A stretch of DNA of 55,997 bases. Source: Catajapyx aquilonaris. Lineage: Eukaryota. Location: contig JYFJ02002489.1 of the NCBI GenBank assembly GCA_000934665.2, positions 1 through 55,997 on the forward strand, given 5' to 3'. The notes below the pieces were generated by a model. It did not search any database, was not told the origin of the DNA, and saw only the letters and a program-made list of their open reading frames with translations. The translations under genes and the position numbers were made by a program. Shown piece after piece: positions 1 through 14,000 of this stretch. Positions within the stretch are counted from its first letter, which is position 1. Every line of letters starts with the position of its first letter.

Positions 1-260
1 GAGACTGACCATGTAGTTCTGAGTGGGTCGCCAGGTGACACTATCGGCTTCAGCCACCTGCACTCTGGTGGTAGCAAGGCCGCACTAGCGGAGATTTATC
101 TCTTGTTTAGTCTGACACATATCCCGTCTCCGGTACAGTGGTACCTATACCGAAGAGGACCGCACTCCCTCAATGAGGATGGCACAGGCACCCAATTTGC
201 CTTCTGATGTGGTTGGATTTAGGGTTACAACCACGTTACAACCATGTAGGTCGTAAAGAT

Positions 261-371
261 CCCTGGTTTTGAAACCAGCAAGACCAGCAAACACCAGCAT
301 GCTGGTACCAGCAAAACAGTGCCAATTCCCAGCAGACCAGCATACCAGCATTGCTGGTTTCAAAACCAGGG
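261..371. mobile_element. Miniature inverted-repeat element (CCC...GGG ends, AT flanks; CMC/EnSpm-like)
   Basis: Perfect inverted arms atccctggttttgaaaccagcaa (259-281) / ttgctggtttcaaaaccagggat (351-373); internal ACCAGCA repeats; AT on both sides, consistent with a 2-bp TSD. Confidence 0.65.
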
Positions 372-994
372 ATGGGATCTGCCCTGGCTAGATATTTATT
401 GTTATTCGTATGAGTCAGTATGGGTAGAGTCACCAAACACAGCTGGTGCTTGCCAGTGTATAGTCTCACATTTTGCTTCCTCATTGACGATAAGAATTGG
501 AAAGAGAGCTTTATTTTTAGTTTGCACAAGATATGCTGCTGCTCTGATGGTCATGGTGTTTTCAAATCACATCGCATCTAGTGAAAGCAGACCTGTTATG
601 TATGAGGCAAAGTGTCCCAGGAAATTATACTTGAAACTGTAGACTTTGCGGATGCACCACCAAGTGTTAAAAAGTGCTTGTATGAAAATCGGTGTATGGA
701 CTTCCTCCTGCCCTACACAAGGTGCCAAGATATAGAGTAATTTGCAAGCAATTTAACAAACATACAGACTGCTATGATAGATAACAATTTAAATCACACA
801 TGCTATCAGTAAGTCCCCAGTTACTGTATCTGCAGCCTCGTTATTGTAGGGTTCTCTCATTTCCACCCATAGTCCAAACAGCACTCTTTCCTTCTCACCC
901 CTTCCTAAACCAGACAGTCTTAGTTTGCATTGGCTCCCCCAATAAACTAAATGAACATTGTTGATGTGCAACCTATTTCTTACAGTTGGGAGTC

Positions 995-1696
995 ATGGAT
1001 GCTACCCACACACTTGGATTTGACAAACAGACACACCCAAAGTCCATCATTATCCAGGAAGAGCATGGGGTGGATGGGGGCTTCTTCCTCCATCATCTGA
1101 TATCTTGGGCATCCAAGCAAGGCCATGGAATCTGCTTGGTTCTTCTGCATCACTCCTTTGGGCACTACCACAACACTGGTGTTAGGATGGGCCACAATCT
1201 CATGCAAATGAGGGAGAATAAAAAGATGGTGGCTATTGAGGGTCTTAAACTGGCCATGGACTTGCCTGACATTGTGCCCAGTGAGCTGCTTCAAATGGTG
1301 AAGGATGCAACATCTCAGTTGACCCACAATGGTAGTGACAAAATTTGCATTATTGTTGATGACTTGAGTGACCTCTTGTTGTTGGGATTCACTCCTGGAG
1401 ACATCTTGGCATTTGATTGTGCATGTTCAAGTATCTTGAGTTGTAAGGAAGGATTCAAAGTTGCTCTGGTGCATTGTGACAATGATGATGAGGAGTTGAC
1501 CCATCTGGCTAACTTGATAGGTCACTCTGCTGATGTGGTGAGCCGTGTCATCCCTCTCAGGACTGGGTCATGTCGTGATGTTTCAGGTTGCTTCTGGGTG
1601 ACAGCATTACATGGAGATAAGAAGACATGGCATTACAAGGTCACGGATAAGGGTGCCAAAGTGTTTGCCCCAGGAATGGCTGAAGGGTTAATGTGA
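995..1696 (+). CDS. ELP6: Elongator complex protein 6-like (233 aa, single coding exon)
   Basis: MDATHTLG...DGGFFLHHLISW...ICLVLLHHSFGHYHNTGVRMGHNL...IIVDDLSDL...ADVVSRVIPLRTGSCRDVSG...WHYKVTDKGAKVFAPG matches ELP6 motifs. The ORF-track start at 986 is a TTG just after a splice acceptor (tttcttacag, ends 985); the first ATG is 995. AATAAA at 1830. Confidence 0.88.
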   Translation: MDATHTLGFDKQTHPKSIIIQEEHGVDGGFFLHHLISWASKQGHGICLVLLHHSFGHYHNTGVRMGHNLMQMRENKKMVAIEGLKLAMDLPDIVPSELLQMVKDATSQLTHNGSDKICIIVDDLSDLLLLGFTPGDILAFDCACSSILSCKEGFKVALVHCDNDDEELTHLANLIGHSADVVSRVIPLRTGSCRDVSGCFWVTALHGDKKTWHYKVTDKGAKVFAPGMAEGLM

Positions 1697-2226
1697 AACC
1701 ACTTTTTAAAACTTTGTATACAAGAGGATGTTCATCAAATATATGCTTTTTATGATTGGATTTTGTTTCATTTATCATCAAGTCTGCTACTATTAATTGC
1801 AACTGAGTTTTCTGAGAGCTTTACACTGGAATAAAATAATGGAGTGTAGTTAGGCTACATCCCTTGCCCCTCCCTGCACTGGAATGATGGAATGCAAGGG
1901 CTAACACTGCCGTTAACACCAGCGCTACATTGCCGATATAGGATATAAAGTAATGATATGTAATCTCTCATTATTTCAGCATGGGTCATTTACGACATTC
2001 TAAATACATTCTAATTATGAATTTGGCAAGAATTGGGTGAAGGGTGCTTTTCTGCATGATTTATTTTCATGGGTATTGGGTGTTGTATCCTGAAAAGATA
2101 GGACAAAAGTGGAAACATCAGTTGAGATTTGAGAACTAGCATGCACTGTACGATTTTGCAAGTGTCTGATAAAGTGATAATAGGATGTTTGAGGTGGGAT
2201 AGGTTCCATGATGGTGTCTCCTCTCA

Positions 2227-2473
2227 GGCGACACAGTGATGGAGTGGTTAGCGCCACAGCCTTCCACCTCTAAGGTCCCGAGTTCGATCCCTGGGTCGCG
2301 CAGAGGATACTTATGTGGATAGAGTTTCGATGGGTTCTCTCCGTGTTCGCGTGGGTTTTCTCGGGGTTCTCCCGTTTCCTCCCACAATCAAAATCCATCA
2401 CACGCAGGCAATGATTAAAGTCGGTTCACGAAAAGAAGAGGCCCGATGCCTATCACGGGGTACCCATTATTAT
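2227..2473 (+). mobile_element. tRNA-derived SINE with V-domain-like core (V-SINE)
   Basis: A-box-like tgatggagtgg (2237) and B-box gagttcgatcc (2280); V-like core tctctccgtgttcgcgtgggttttctcggggttctcccgtttcctcccaca; (ATT)n tail; 18-nt TSD with 1 mismatch, tgatggtgtctcct(c/t)tca at 2209-2226 and 2474-2491. Confidence 0.85.
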
Positions 2474-5055
2474 TGATGGTGTCTCCTTTCATCTTCTTTT
2501 CTAGTCTTAATAAACCAAGGCAGGACTTTATGACTTTAATTTTTTGCATTTATGTACAGTACTTACTGATAGAGGGTATCATCACATGGTACCCTTGCAT
2601 GACTCTTGAGGGGTGCTTCATTTACTTTTCCAACAGCAATTATGTACAGGTGGATGTGGTTCATTTACATGCTCTTCTTACACTGTATAACTTGTCCTGC
2701 ACTAATCCACTATGCCACGAAAGTTTTATAAGCATCTTACGTAGGTTAGAGATTAATTCCATATATCAGAGTTTAGGCAAGTTCCAGTTTGCACAATGAG
2801 GCGGTATGTTGTTATATGATGCCATGACATTTGTTGGATTGTGTTGCATAAAAGGTTTAAGTTAATCTGCTCTATTTTCAGGGCCAATGTGTTTATTTTG
2901 GTACTGCACCCCCTCTTCTTATCCTGCTAGCACACACCTTTTCTGTTTCTTTTTTTCTTTTTGGTCTAACAGGTATAGTACTCAGATATTGTATGAGTAT
3001 GGACTTAATCACACAGCTTTACGCGCCAATATGATATGAAAATCACGCCAAAATATGCGAAATAAATCAGGTCGAAAAATATAGCTACATGGAAAGGGAA
3101 AATAATATAAACTACTGTGCTGAATTACTTCCTTCAACGTCTGTAACACATGTGCATATGCAATAACCCACTGCAAATTAATAGGTTGTGTTAACCATGG
3201 TGTAGCTACCAGTGACCTTCAGATATCCGCATTTTTGCACACTGCGTGTAATTAAGCAATTACCATCTCCTACATCCGACCCAGTTACCCACTTAATTTC
3301 TTGAAAATGCTCACATGATGAACGACGGTGGAGTCGACTGAAAAGCAAATTCATTATAGTGCATAGGTGCTGTTGAGTATACAGCAGTAAGCAATAAATT
3401 TCGCACGACTTGAACCACGTCCGCAATTGGTGTGTGTGTGTGTAGGTGCGATATGGTCAGAATGATCTAGCCAGAGAGGGCATAGTAGCGCGCAGAGCAC
3501 TTATTAATGCAGGGTCTCACTAGCCTGAAATGTCCATTGGTCACGCAAACCCTAGGGCAACTAAAGGAGATATGATACCATGCTTGGGCCATGGGATATA
3601 CAATTCAGTGCGTCGTGCGGCAGCAATTTTCTCTTGAATATTTTCCACGGATGATACGAGGAGGAACGTGATTCCCCGCCTTGATTTTACCTTCAACAAG
3701 GACAAAGGCAATCAATATACAGTAGGCCCTACTCGAATTGTTCGGTATGGATGGTCATTTTAATCTCACATTGCCTTGACACTTAGATTTGTAATTAAAA
3801 TCATATTCGCATACACTGTCAGTTTTTTTTGAACGAATATTAGCCAATGTAAACATCTTAAGCATTTCAACAATTCAGAACTGTACAGCTCCGATGCAAA
3901 TTGCAGCGAAATTATTGTTCCAAGCAATGCCACTATACATATTGGTCATGTAAATTCATATTGACCTATGTGCTGCAGAGTATAGCTGCCTGTATTTTGC
4001 CCGAAAGTGCCCCATGTCTTGCAATGAAATCCCATTTCAGGAACTTGAATGTCAATAATTTTGTTCCGCATTTGTTGATATCTACGATCTAGCACGCCGG
4101 TACCAAGTGCGAATCTTTTTTTAAACTTTGAAGGATAATTTTTGAGAGGCATGCAAAATTCACTGCGGATCTCTGGTCACCCTATATAGCATTTCCCTCG
4201 CAAAAGCCATACTTTTCAACTTCCATCTGGCTCTGTAAATAGAAGTGCCCTTTTGCTGCCTCTGCACATCGGTTAATTTTTTACCTTAATAATAATGATA
4301 ATGATAATCACCTGGGTAGTACTGTACTTTGACGTTTGACCCCTGTGTTTGTTTTGTCTTACGTATATGACTTATTCACCTACACCTTACAAAAAGTCCT
4401 CCAGATATGCCCTTACCACGCAGTGTAACTTTACAGTATACAGCAGCCTGGTCATTATGGTGCTGTCGTCGCCCATACTTCGCGGTGGCGATTTTTAAAT
4501 AAGTCATGTGTGGGACGATGATTGCGCAACGCTGTTGACAGTGATGCATTTGAATCTTACATCTTAAAGATTAATGAGTTCAGTGGAACTACATCATAGA
4601 CTCTACTCGACGTAGACATTACGCTTTACACAGAGCGACGTCGGATAAAAAAGTGGACAATCCATCAGTAGCGAGGTTACTGATTGCATGTGTAACTACA
4701 CACTAACACTATAGAGAATGGTTGCCGACAATCGATGGTGAACGTGACCTAGCCTCCCGGTAGACTGTGGCAGGGTGAGGGGGGGGGGGAGTGAATAGTG
4801 ACGTGACCTATCGTGTTGTCGTCCTAGTCAGGAGGTCGATTGGAAAGAGGGTGAAATGTAGCATTGGGTAGGTGGTGGACGTGGTNGGGACTCCTGCGGT
4901 GGCACTTGGACTTCATGTAGAAATTTGCGCGGTCAGTCAGTCAGTCGATATTCAGTGGGCAGGAGTGGTAGTAGCATGTGGAGAGCGGCTGATGGTAATG
5001 AAAAAAGGGTAGGAGTGGACTGGAATTGGCTGCAGCCGGCGGGGTCTTCCTGAAG

Positions 5056-8000
5056 ATGCCTGCTGGTCCATCGGCATCGCCTCACGGTGGTGCGCCTTCT
5101 GTCTCAGCACCTGCCAGGATCGAGTCCGAGAGCAAGGAAGGGCAGAAGTCAGACAAACTCACGGTACGAATAGGCTTATGTTAATTTCGTTCTTCATGTT
5201 TATGTATTGGGCGGTGTTATCAGAATTTCATATGAGTAAGAGACTATTCAATGTTGCAAGCCTGGTTTCACTGCAGCTGTTTTGTACACCTGCTCTCTGC
5301 TGTTTCATGAAAATGTTCATGTTGTTGATGATGATGGTGATGATGACATTGGCCGAAACTTTCCTCGACATTTTTTAATGAGATGGAGGAAATTGTAATG
5401 TACCGTAAACCTACTTCCAAAATATGATATCCAGAATCCATCCAAAATTGAAATCAACTAAGGTCCGGTTGCACCGCCTCCAGGAAACATTTTCCGGCAA
5501 GAAAACAGACATAAAAGTTTGCTATATATTATTGTGAAGAATTCAGAAGAGAAAGTACAGGTATCGTATGTTTGTGGAGCGTTGTGGACACATTTCCAGA
5601 CTAAATAGAGGGTTGAAAATAGACACTCTGATAGCGGAGACTCCGAAATGGTGTTAGAAAAGTCCAAAATCCGCAACTACTTGTAGGCCTACCATACTTT
5701 TTGTGGCCAGCTGCAACCTGAAAATCTTAACTCATCAGTTAATTCTTCACCACGAGAATCAACAAACCAGAGAATCAGGAACCAAGATGCAGATGCTGTA
5801 TTAACGATACTTTATTGTACGGTACCATATTAGGCACAATCATGCAGTATGCGACTGCGGATGATCCGTGGGTAGAAATGTGGCCATTAATATAATGCTG
5901 CATACTGTAGGTTCTGTATGCCATTATTTGCTTCCATCTAATGCTAAGTGTTTCATGATCTACCGCTACCCATTCAAAAGTTAGAGGCAGGGAGCGGATT
6001 TTGTGACAGCGGATATTGGTTCATTGAACTAGTAATAAGATGTCTTTTTCTCTTGAAATGGTTATGATGCATTAAATTCTTGGTGTTTTGAAACCAATTA
6101 GGAGTTCAATACTTGGTGTGTGTGGGCTTTACATGATTCATTTGAACGCTTTGTTACGCTTTTGGATCATGATTGTAGTAAATCAATGGTTAGAAAGGGA
6201 AAGATGTGTCAAGACTTTTAAATATATTTCCGAGAGATACCTTACATGCTAGTAAATAACTGCGAAATAAGTAGCTCAATTCGCCTGATGTGCTCACTCA
6301 TTTGTGCAAATGGTTGGTCAAGTTTAATTCAAGTGGAGTACAAGCCCTATTCATACCCCTTGAATTCACAGTAGCGAAAGAGGGGAGAGCGCGCGCATTA
6401 GAAGTGATAGATATTTATACGAGAGTGGAAATTAGAATATCTATTTATAGGCTACTGCGATATATCGTACTGTAACTATTGACCGTTGTGCAGGTGCGAG
6501 TTGGACAGTATATTTTCTATGACCCTGAATTGAGTTTTTCAATGGAAGAACTAAAGGGGTAACTTACAATGGAACCTGACCCTGAATACTGAGCTTTTGA
6601 ATGCTGTTTTAGGGCCGGTTTCACCGAGCTTGGTATATGATAAAACCAGGTTTCTTTAGGAAAATCCATACAAATAGATAGGGATTTTGAGAAATACCCT
6701 GCGGTTTTATCATATACTGAGCTCGGTGAAACCGGCCCTTAGTTATTATTACAGGTATATTTCTCACGGTAAAACTGCTGGTAGTGAAACCTGTATACAG
6801 TATAACGGAATCACTCCATTCCGGAAAAATTTTCAGCAATAGATAAGTTTCTGTTACATCGGACAACACCAAACTTAAAAATGAAAGAAAAAAACACACA
6901 CAATGAAGTTGTCTCCAAATTGGTGCCCGAAATCCTGACGCCGAATTTGTTGCGCCGTCGCGTCGTGAACATTTAGCTATTTATATGGGGATTTAAAAAA
7001 TGACGTCATTACGACGCGACGTCACTGCATACACGCCATTCGGCCATAAGTCCTCTTTCACCATCTTGGGGATGATCTTGTGGTGCGCACCTGGTCACAC
7101 CATTCTGTTTGGCCAGGACGCATATGGACTTGCCAGGGTCCTTTACTTCTTCTCAATCTTCTCGACAACTACTGCGATGACAAACTCCTAGCCTCTCCTG
7201 GTGATACAGAGATGGACATACATTTTGAGTAAGGAAAGGACTCCTCGTGGTTCTCGGGAGAATCCGAGTTATTTTTTATCCAGTAAATGTGTAAATCAGG
7301 CTCTTTTGGGAGCTTGAGGAACTCCAAGCTATCTCCTTATAGGGGTCGTTTCGGCGCGGTCAGCCAAATAGTAGTGGCTTTGTTGTCCTGATTGGCTGGT
7401 CATGGTGCGGTTCACAATGTTGACCACTGTGGCGGTTTTGTAAACCGAAGAGACACAACTTGTTGCTATACAAATTACAGTAATCTACATATTGTTGTCT
7501 TTGTACTGTTAGACTGCAAAATGTGTCCTAATTTACCGGCGCCACCCTGTATATTGAAGGAAATTTTATGCCGTATTATGCGAGGATGCGATGGCATAAT
7601 CTTGCATTTATTGTTACCAATATAGAGATTATTGTACCCCTGTACGGTAGCCTATTAGTTTGGCGCACTATATTAGAGAAAGTACGATTTGCTATTTAGA
7701 AAGCCAAGCAGGTGAAGATGAATACATTGTGGAAAATCAACCTGTGATATAGGAAGATTAAAATTAATTACGAGCCACCAGTTGATCGTCTGAAGAAAAT
7801 AATAACAGAGGTGGAGATGTTGTCTCACTCTTTCCTATGTGGCCATTTTAACCTCTAGTCTGCCAATTAAAATTATTCGCATGGTTCTTTTCTTGTCTTT
7901 TCGTCTCCCACGATCGACAGAGAAGTTAATTATTCAGGAAACCATGAACTTGTCCTGAAAGCAGAACAGTTTCTTAAATAATCCCAACTTGCGACCCTCA

Positions 8001-11000
8001 ATCTCTCATCACTAACTGAGAGATTGTGCAAGTACGTCGTAGTAGCTTGTCCGGAGTATAGCGGAGACCTGTTTACTTACTGTTTCTGTTCATACACTCA
8101 TAAAATCCATATAGTGTTTACGTATCTGCACTGAAAGACATCGCCTTACAGACTGTGGTACATTACACCAATGTGAAGAATTGTTTCACTTACGTATTTG
8201 GCTATTCGAATCAACAAAATACCTTTGTACTGGGGCAGATGAGCAAAAGTGGTGCTTAGCCTTCTGAAATTTTCTGAAAGGTAACCTAGAACAAGCCACG
8301 GGCAATAGAAACAGGGCTTACTATAAGAAAACATCCACCTTGAAATTGATGTAGCGACTCCGAGTGACTCCAGATGCTATAGTCCAATGCAATGTTGTGT
8401 TCAAGAGCTGTTGGACGCAAATTGAGAGCAGTTTTAGCACAAGTTGTGACATCATTATGCATCTCATTAACTGAAAAATCTATTCAAATACATTGATTGT
8501 TCTTAATGGGCTAGAGTAAATTTTGAGTGGGACACTCACTCACCCTTTCTCACACGCATATTTAATTTGAATTACGCCGGATACCAACGGTGCGGTGGAA
8601 GGATGGATCACCCCAATGTGCACATACTGTTAGTTGCTTAACATTTCTACGAGGGCAGTACCAAAATGATTAAAAAAGATTTTTTTGCCGAAAATACAGG
8701 GCCCATGCATGTTGGCAAATAGGCACACACTATCGACAGAACCCTCCCGGAGCCGAATGCAAAGGAGTGTGGTGTGGCAACCTCTCCAGGCCCCCCAGGA
8801 ATTACTTTTTGAAGTTGCGACGCACCTACTACCAGACAACTGCTCAGTCATCAACTATCAACAATGTCCTTAAAATGGCGTCGGCGAAGGGATTTTTCCA
8901 TGGATGTGCTTCCACACCCACCGTACTCCCCTGGCCTGGCTTCCAGTGACTTTGTTAGTTAGTTAGTTTGTTTGTAATACCCCGTGATACCAGACCTTTT
9001 CTCTTGGCCCTTGGCAGAGAAGGATGAAAACACCGCGAAGACCAAGCGAAACTATATGAAAATCAGGGAATACCAGGCGGAAACTCGGCGGAAACCATGC
9101 GAAAACCAGTCGAAAACTAGGTGAAAACCTTGGTAAAGCAATGCGAAAAGTAGCTGAAAACCACGCGAAACTAGGTGAAAATCAGGGAATACCAGGCGGA
9201 AACTCGGCGGAAACCATGCGAAATCCTTGCTAAAACAATGCGAAAAGTAGGCGAAAACCACGCGAAAACGAAGGAAGTGCAATTCTGCCCGGACATTTTG
9301 GGTGAAAAGCAGAAAAAGACCCGCCCAAGCGAAGGTGACTGCCGGTGACTGCCTGACGCGGAAGGAACTTGAACCCCGGACCTTCCGCTTGGCTGGCCAG
9401 TAGAATAGTCACTAGACCACCATGCCCCCAGCCTCCAGTGACTTTCATCTGGTCGAATATATTATTTTAAAAAGTCCCTTCGCCGATGCCATTTCGAGGA
9501 AATTGTTGACTGTGAAGAGTTGTCCGGGAGTCGGTGCTCCGCACCACCAAAAAGTGGTTCCTGGACGGCCTGGAGAGGTCGACCAGTGCCAGGAGGATTC
9601 TATATAATTATAATGTGTGCCTTTTTTCCGAAATGCACGGGCGCAATGTATGTGGCAAAAAAATGTAAATAAAAGGAATGGCCCTCGTATTTTTTGATTA
9701 CATTTTTACCAATTCTGCACCGAGGATTTGTATCTCATAATATGCCTGCATACAACAAATATACTGTATCTGTAGGCTACAAAACAGGAGTAAAAAGGAG
9801 CAGTGTATCTATAAGACAGTATTGAAACTTCTCAACTGATATGCTGTGTACAATAACAGGAGTTGAAAATTCATTTACATCCATGAAAACTCTAAAAGAA
9901 GACTTAATTCCGACAGAGGACCTAGTTAGAGTTAACTGCTACATTTCCATTCTCGAGTGAAAATTTATTATAACTGAGTATTTTCGGTATGCTACAATAA
10001 ACTTGCTTCCAGAAATACTCGCATTTGAGGATTTTTCAGGTTTACTATAGCCATTAAGTTTTATTGCTACTTTGACATAAATGGCTTCTGGAACCATATT
10101 TAAACACCCTTTTACTAATAAATCAGAGGTTCACAGCTCGTATTCTACTTTATGGGACACACGAGAGCAAGAGCACGCCGCGCCGCGCCGCGCGTTACTT
10201 GCATGCAGTAAATCAGAAGAATGGAAAGGCATCTTATAGCAATATTATCTTTATACAAAACAATCAGATTAATTCATATTGGCAGTATGAAGATAATTAT
10301 TTACTGCAGCTACTGACAGATGATTACGTGTTACTAGTGCATAGCTATAAGTTACTACGAACTAGAAGGATGACGGAAAACCCAAATAGAATACAGTATT
10401 TCAAAATAGGTTCGTGTCTAGCCTGAATAAGTAACAAAACAAGACTCACGATATCCACTCTGTATGCTTGGCATTCTGTAATTTAAAATTCTCGCCCCTC
10501 CTCGTTGCTGACATGTACTCTATTATGCAACACACAGGTCATGTTTACAGAAGTATAGAATTTTAATTAAGCGTCTTTATTATCTTATGGGCTTGCCAAT
10601 GCTGAAATTTTAGTCAAAATACTCGTAATACTCCAAGTAATACCGAATATTTCTTTAAGTAATGCGGTAGTGCTTGTAATTATGTGTAGTACCGTAATTA
10701 TATTCAGAACACGTGCTGTGCCTTATCAACCGCAGTATTTGCATGAAAATATATGTAGGCTATGGTTACCAATGCCGCGGGAAATATTGATGAGTGTCCT
10801 AGACCTGCGTGTCTCCCAAGATTGAGGAAACCGCGATATCAACCTTCCTTTGTAATTTCCTTAGAAATTTTGCCAAATTTCGCACTTTTACGTCAGAACC
10901 TAAATAAATATTTAATGCTGCGTACTGCAATATACCGTACAGTACATGTACTACACGCCCATTCGGAAATTCAACCAGAGTAATTGGCTCAATTTGCTGC

Positions 11001-14000
11001 CACATAATACATGTTCATCTGCAATATGTTGAGATTGGCTGCATATCTGAATCTGCAACGTGTATACTGTAGATAGAATGATAAAAGTTTCAACAGAGAG
11101 GACCATGAGAATATCAGCAGTTGCAGACTTAATTACAGGGTTTGGGAGAATGAATCGGATGACTCAGGTGTGGGCGAGAGGAGGTTAAGGGCATTGAATG
11201 GTGCCTTCATTATACTCAAATTGACTTCGTGTCTATCAATCTCGTATTGACTTTCTCATCACGGCGTGCATTACTTTTTTGGTGACCTTCACGTTCTTTT
11301 TGCCTTCGTCCTTCCCGTTTCCTATCCTGCGAGATCGTTTCTCACTGTCACTATACAACTATCACGCACCCCCAATGCGCCATGAAAGTTTCAAGGGGCC
11401 AGGGAACTTAACAAGAGAGGGATCGATGAAAAGATTCTCACGCCGACTATACTTCCTTATCACCTGTCATTTTTTGGGAGATGCGATGGTCACGGTGCTT
11501 GATTCGGATGACCCGGAGGATAAAGAAAGAGTAAAAAAAAAAGGTTGGTAATAATCTTGGATGTGTGTCTCACAAAGGAATGTACATCAATCGAAATTCA
11601 ATACTGAGTGGGAACCCACGCTTGCACATCAAGGAAGAAGAGTCTAACAAAGACTGTCATGTTTGATGTCTATTGACTGGGTTTCCTGCTGGGTTAGCAT
11701 TAATATTATTGGACCACATGTACTCCCAGTGAATCCGGTGGAACTTTATTTTGAAGGATATGCGAAGTGTTCAATAATTGTGTGATATCCTTCTGACACC
11801 TGCCTACCAGTATAGACAAATTTGTGTCACATGTGACAGAAATGTATCGAAAATCATCATTCGGGACCTTCAAATACACATGTGTTTTATTGCCACGTGT
11901 CATTAACACACAATGTGATTCACTCCTCCCTTTTGATTTCAGGTTGCGGTGCGAGTGCGTCCCCTGCATTCTGCCGAAAGAGATCGTGATTGGACCGACT
12001 GCGCCCAAGTTTTACAAGACAAGGTAGAGTATAGGCCCACACAGGAACGTTTAGCTTTGACCTTTATGGCTAACGATTCCCATTGGAAAACCATCATTTC
12101 CAATCACCCTTACCATCCCACTACACATCCAACCAAATAGTCCTTGGTGTAGTGGGTCACGAAAAGTAAATTACTGCTCTCACGGCATGAGCCTCCTCAC
12201 AGGCGTCGTTTATATTGTGCCATATACAGTATGTACTGTCTAAATGGGTCCTGACAACAAGGGTAGTTCCTGTGATTTATAAGACAATAGCTGCCAGCAT
12301 TTTATGAGATAATAATTTTTACTAGAACTGGTTCCAGTTGTACAGTGACCATTGCAGCGAAGAGGATGACTGTGATGAGTGCAAAAGTGCAATATCGATA
12401 TGATTACAAAATCTCTGCAGGGAGGGTTAATTACCAGCAATTAACTATATTTTGTCACTTCATTGAATATGATCAATAAGGAATATTTCGGATGCTTTCT
12501 TTTCGTTTCACGGAGACTTAACTTATAACTTTGGAAGCGTTTCCTCTAATGCAAAAATTTTATATATTTAATTTGTAATGTTAAGCTTTTTGGTTGCTAC
12601 CGGTATTGTGATTTGAAGATGAGCATGTTATGCTGTTTATTTACCAAATGCTGCCATTCAACAAAATGAGTTTCATCCTTTGCACTCTGAGAAGAGAGCA
12701 AATCTGCTATGGACAATAAATAAGACTGCTCCGGTCAACCAGTGTAGCCTAGTGTACGCACTGCATTCGTTTATTCCGGTATAAGCTCTGGTGCACACTC
12801 TGATTAGCAGGCCGGTGTAGGCGGTGTAAGGCTTTCTTACACCTGATTACACCGTGACCTCATTACAGTAGGCCTACCTCCTACACCACACCGACCAAGT
12901 ACGTATTTCTGTCTGACAAAATCAAGTGTGTATTTGACGCAGGTGGAGCAGAAGTTTTTGACATCAACGATAAACAAATATCACTAATGACGCATCTCGA
13001 CCTTCATCCTGAAAGTTAGGTAACCTATGCGCCTTTCAGAACTCACAAATTGCCTACGTGCAAGGAGTTATACGTAGCTGCGGAGTCGACCTTTATTGAA
13101 TGTTGGACGCTATAAAAGTGTATTTGTTACATACGAGGCCAGTACTAGACCGAATTTGTGACAGGCTGTCTGCATGATATAAAATAAGCCGTAAATATCA
13201 ATCTTCAAAGTCTAATCACAATGATAGTCATATATCTCGGTCCATTATAGACATTTAGAGTGTGATGGTTACGTTATAATATCAATATTAATATTGTAAT
13301 ATCGCCTTTAAAATTAGAACATTCCTTTCATGTTTCATGGTAGGTTACAAAATGTTATTTGTAGACTACTAAAATAACCCTCGTATATTCTTTCAAAACT
13401 CTCAGGTAGTGGTTCTGGCGGAGCCAATTCCCACAAAAGAAAAACCTCAGAAAAAGGGTGGTAGTAGAGGAAAACCCGTTTCGAGACCATCGAGGCCAAC
13501 TCAACGTCAGCGTCAGTATGTGTTCGATGTTGCCTTTGGAGGAGATGTTACTCAGGTGAGTACAAGCGTGCATTGACATTGAATATTTATGATTCTGCAT
13601 GTCAGCAAAGCTTATGTCTCATCATACAAATACTGTATACAGGTGTTCAAATATGAATACTTAGTACGAATAAAATGTAAATACGGTATATTTTAGTTTA
13701 AGTAACGGCTACTCAAGTCTACCCAAAAACACAGTGACCCAGTTTCCTTTAAAGGAAATCTATACCAGCTCAATTCGAATATTTCCATATATTACTTTAA
13801 TATTGTTTAGATGTGATATTGTGACAGTGAAAATGGTGCAAAAATTATCTGAAGGGACACTCACGCTAACCGCACTTTTCTGAATAGCTTCACCCTGAGG
13901 TCAGAAAATTTTGACCCCGACTTCTATCAACACGTGATGTCGCGTGACTTATCCTGTAGTTGCACATACCTTAATACAGGACGCCAACTTTGGATTTTTC

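Noticed and set aside
2227..2300. tRNA gene (also 9360-9430 on the minus strand)
   Set aside because: A/B boxes are present, but the sequence continues into a SINE body with tail and TSD.
6880..7552. Possible decayed Tc1/mariner element ending caccctgta
   Set aside because: No matching left TIR or transposase frame could be identified.
9030..9270. Repeat array superficially like CRISPR
   Set aside because: Eukaryotic context, no unique spacers, no cas genes; it is inside a SINE.
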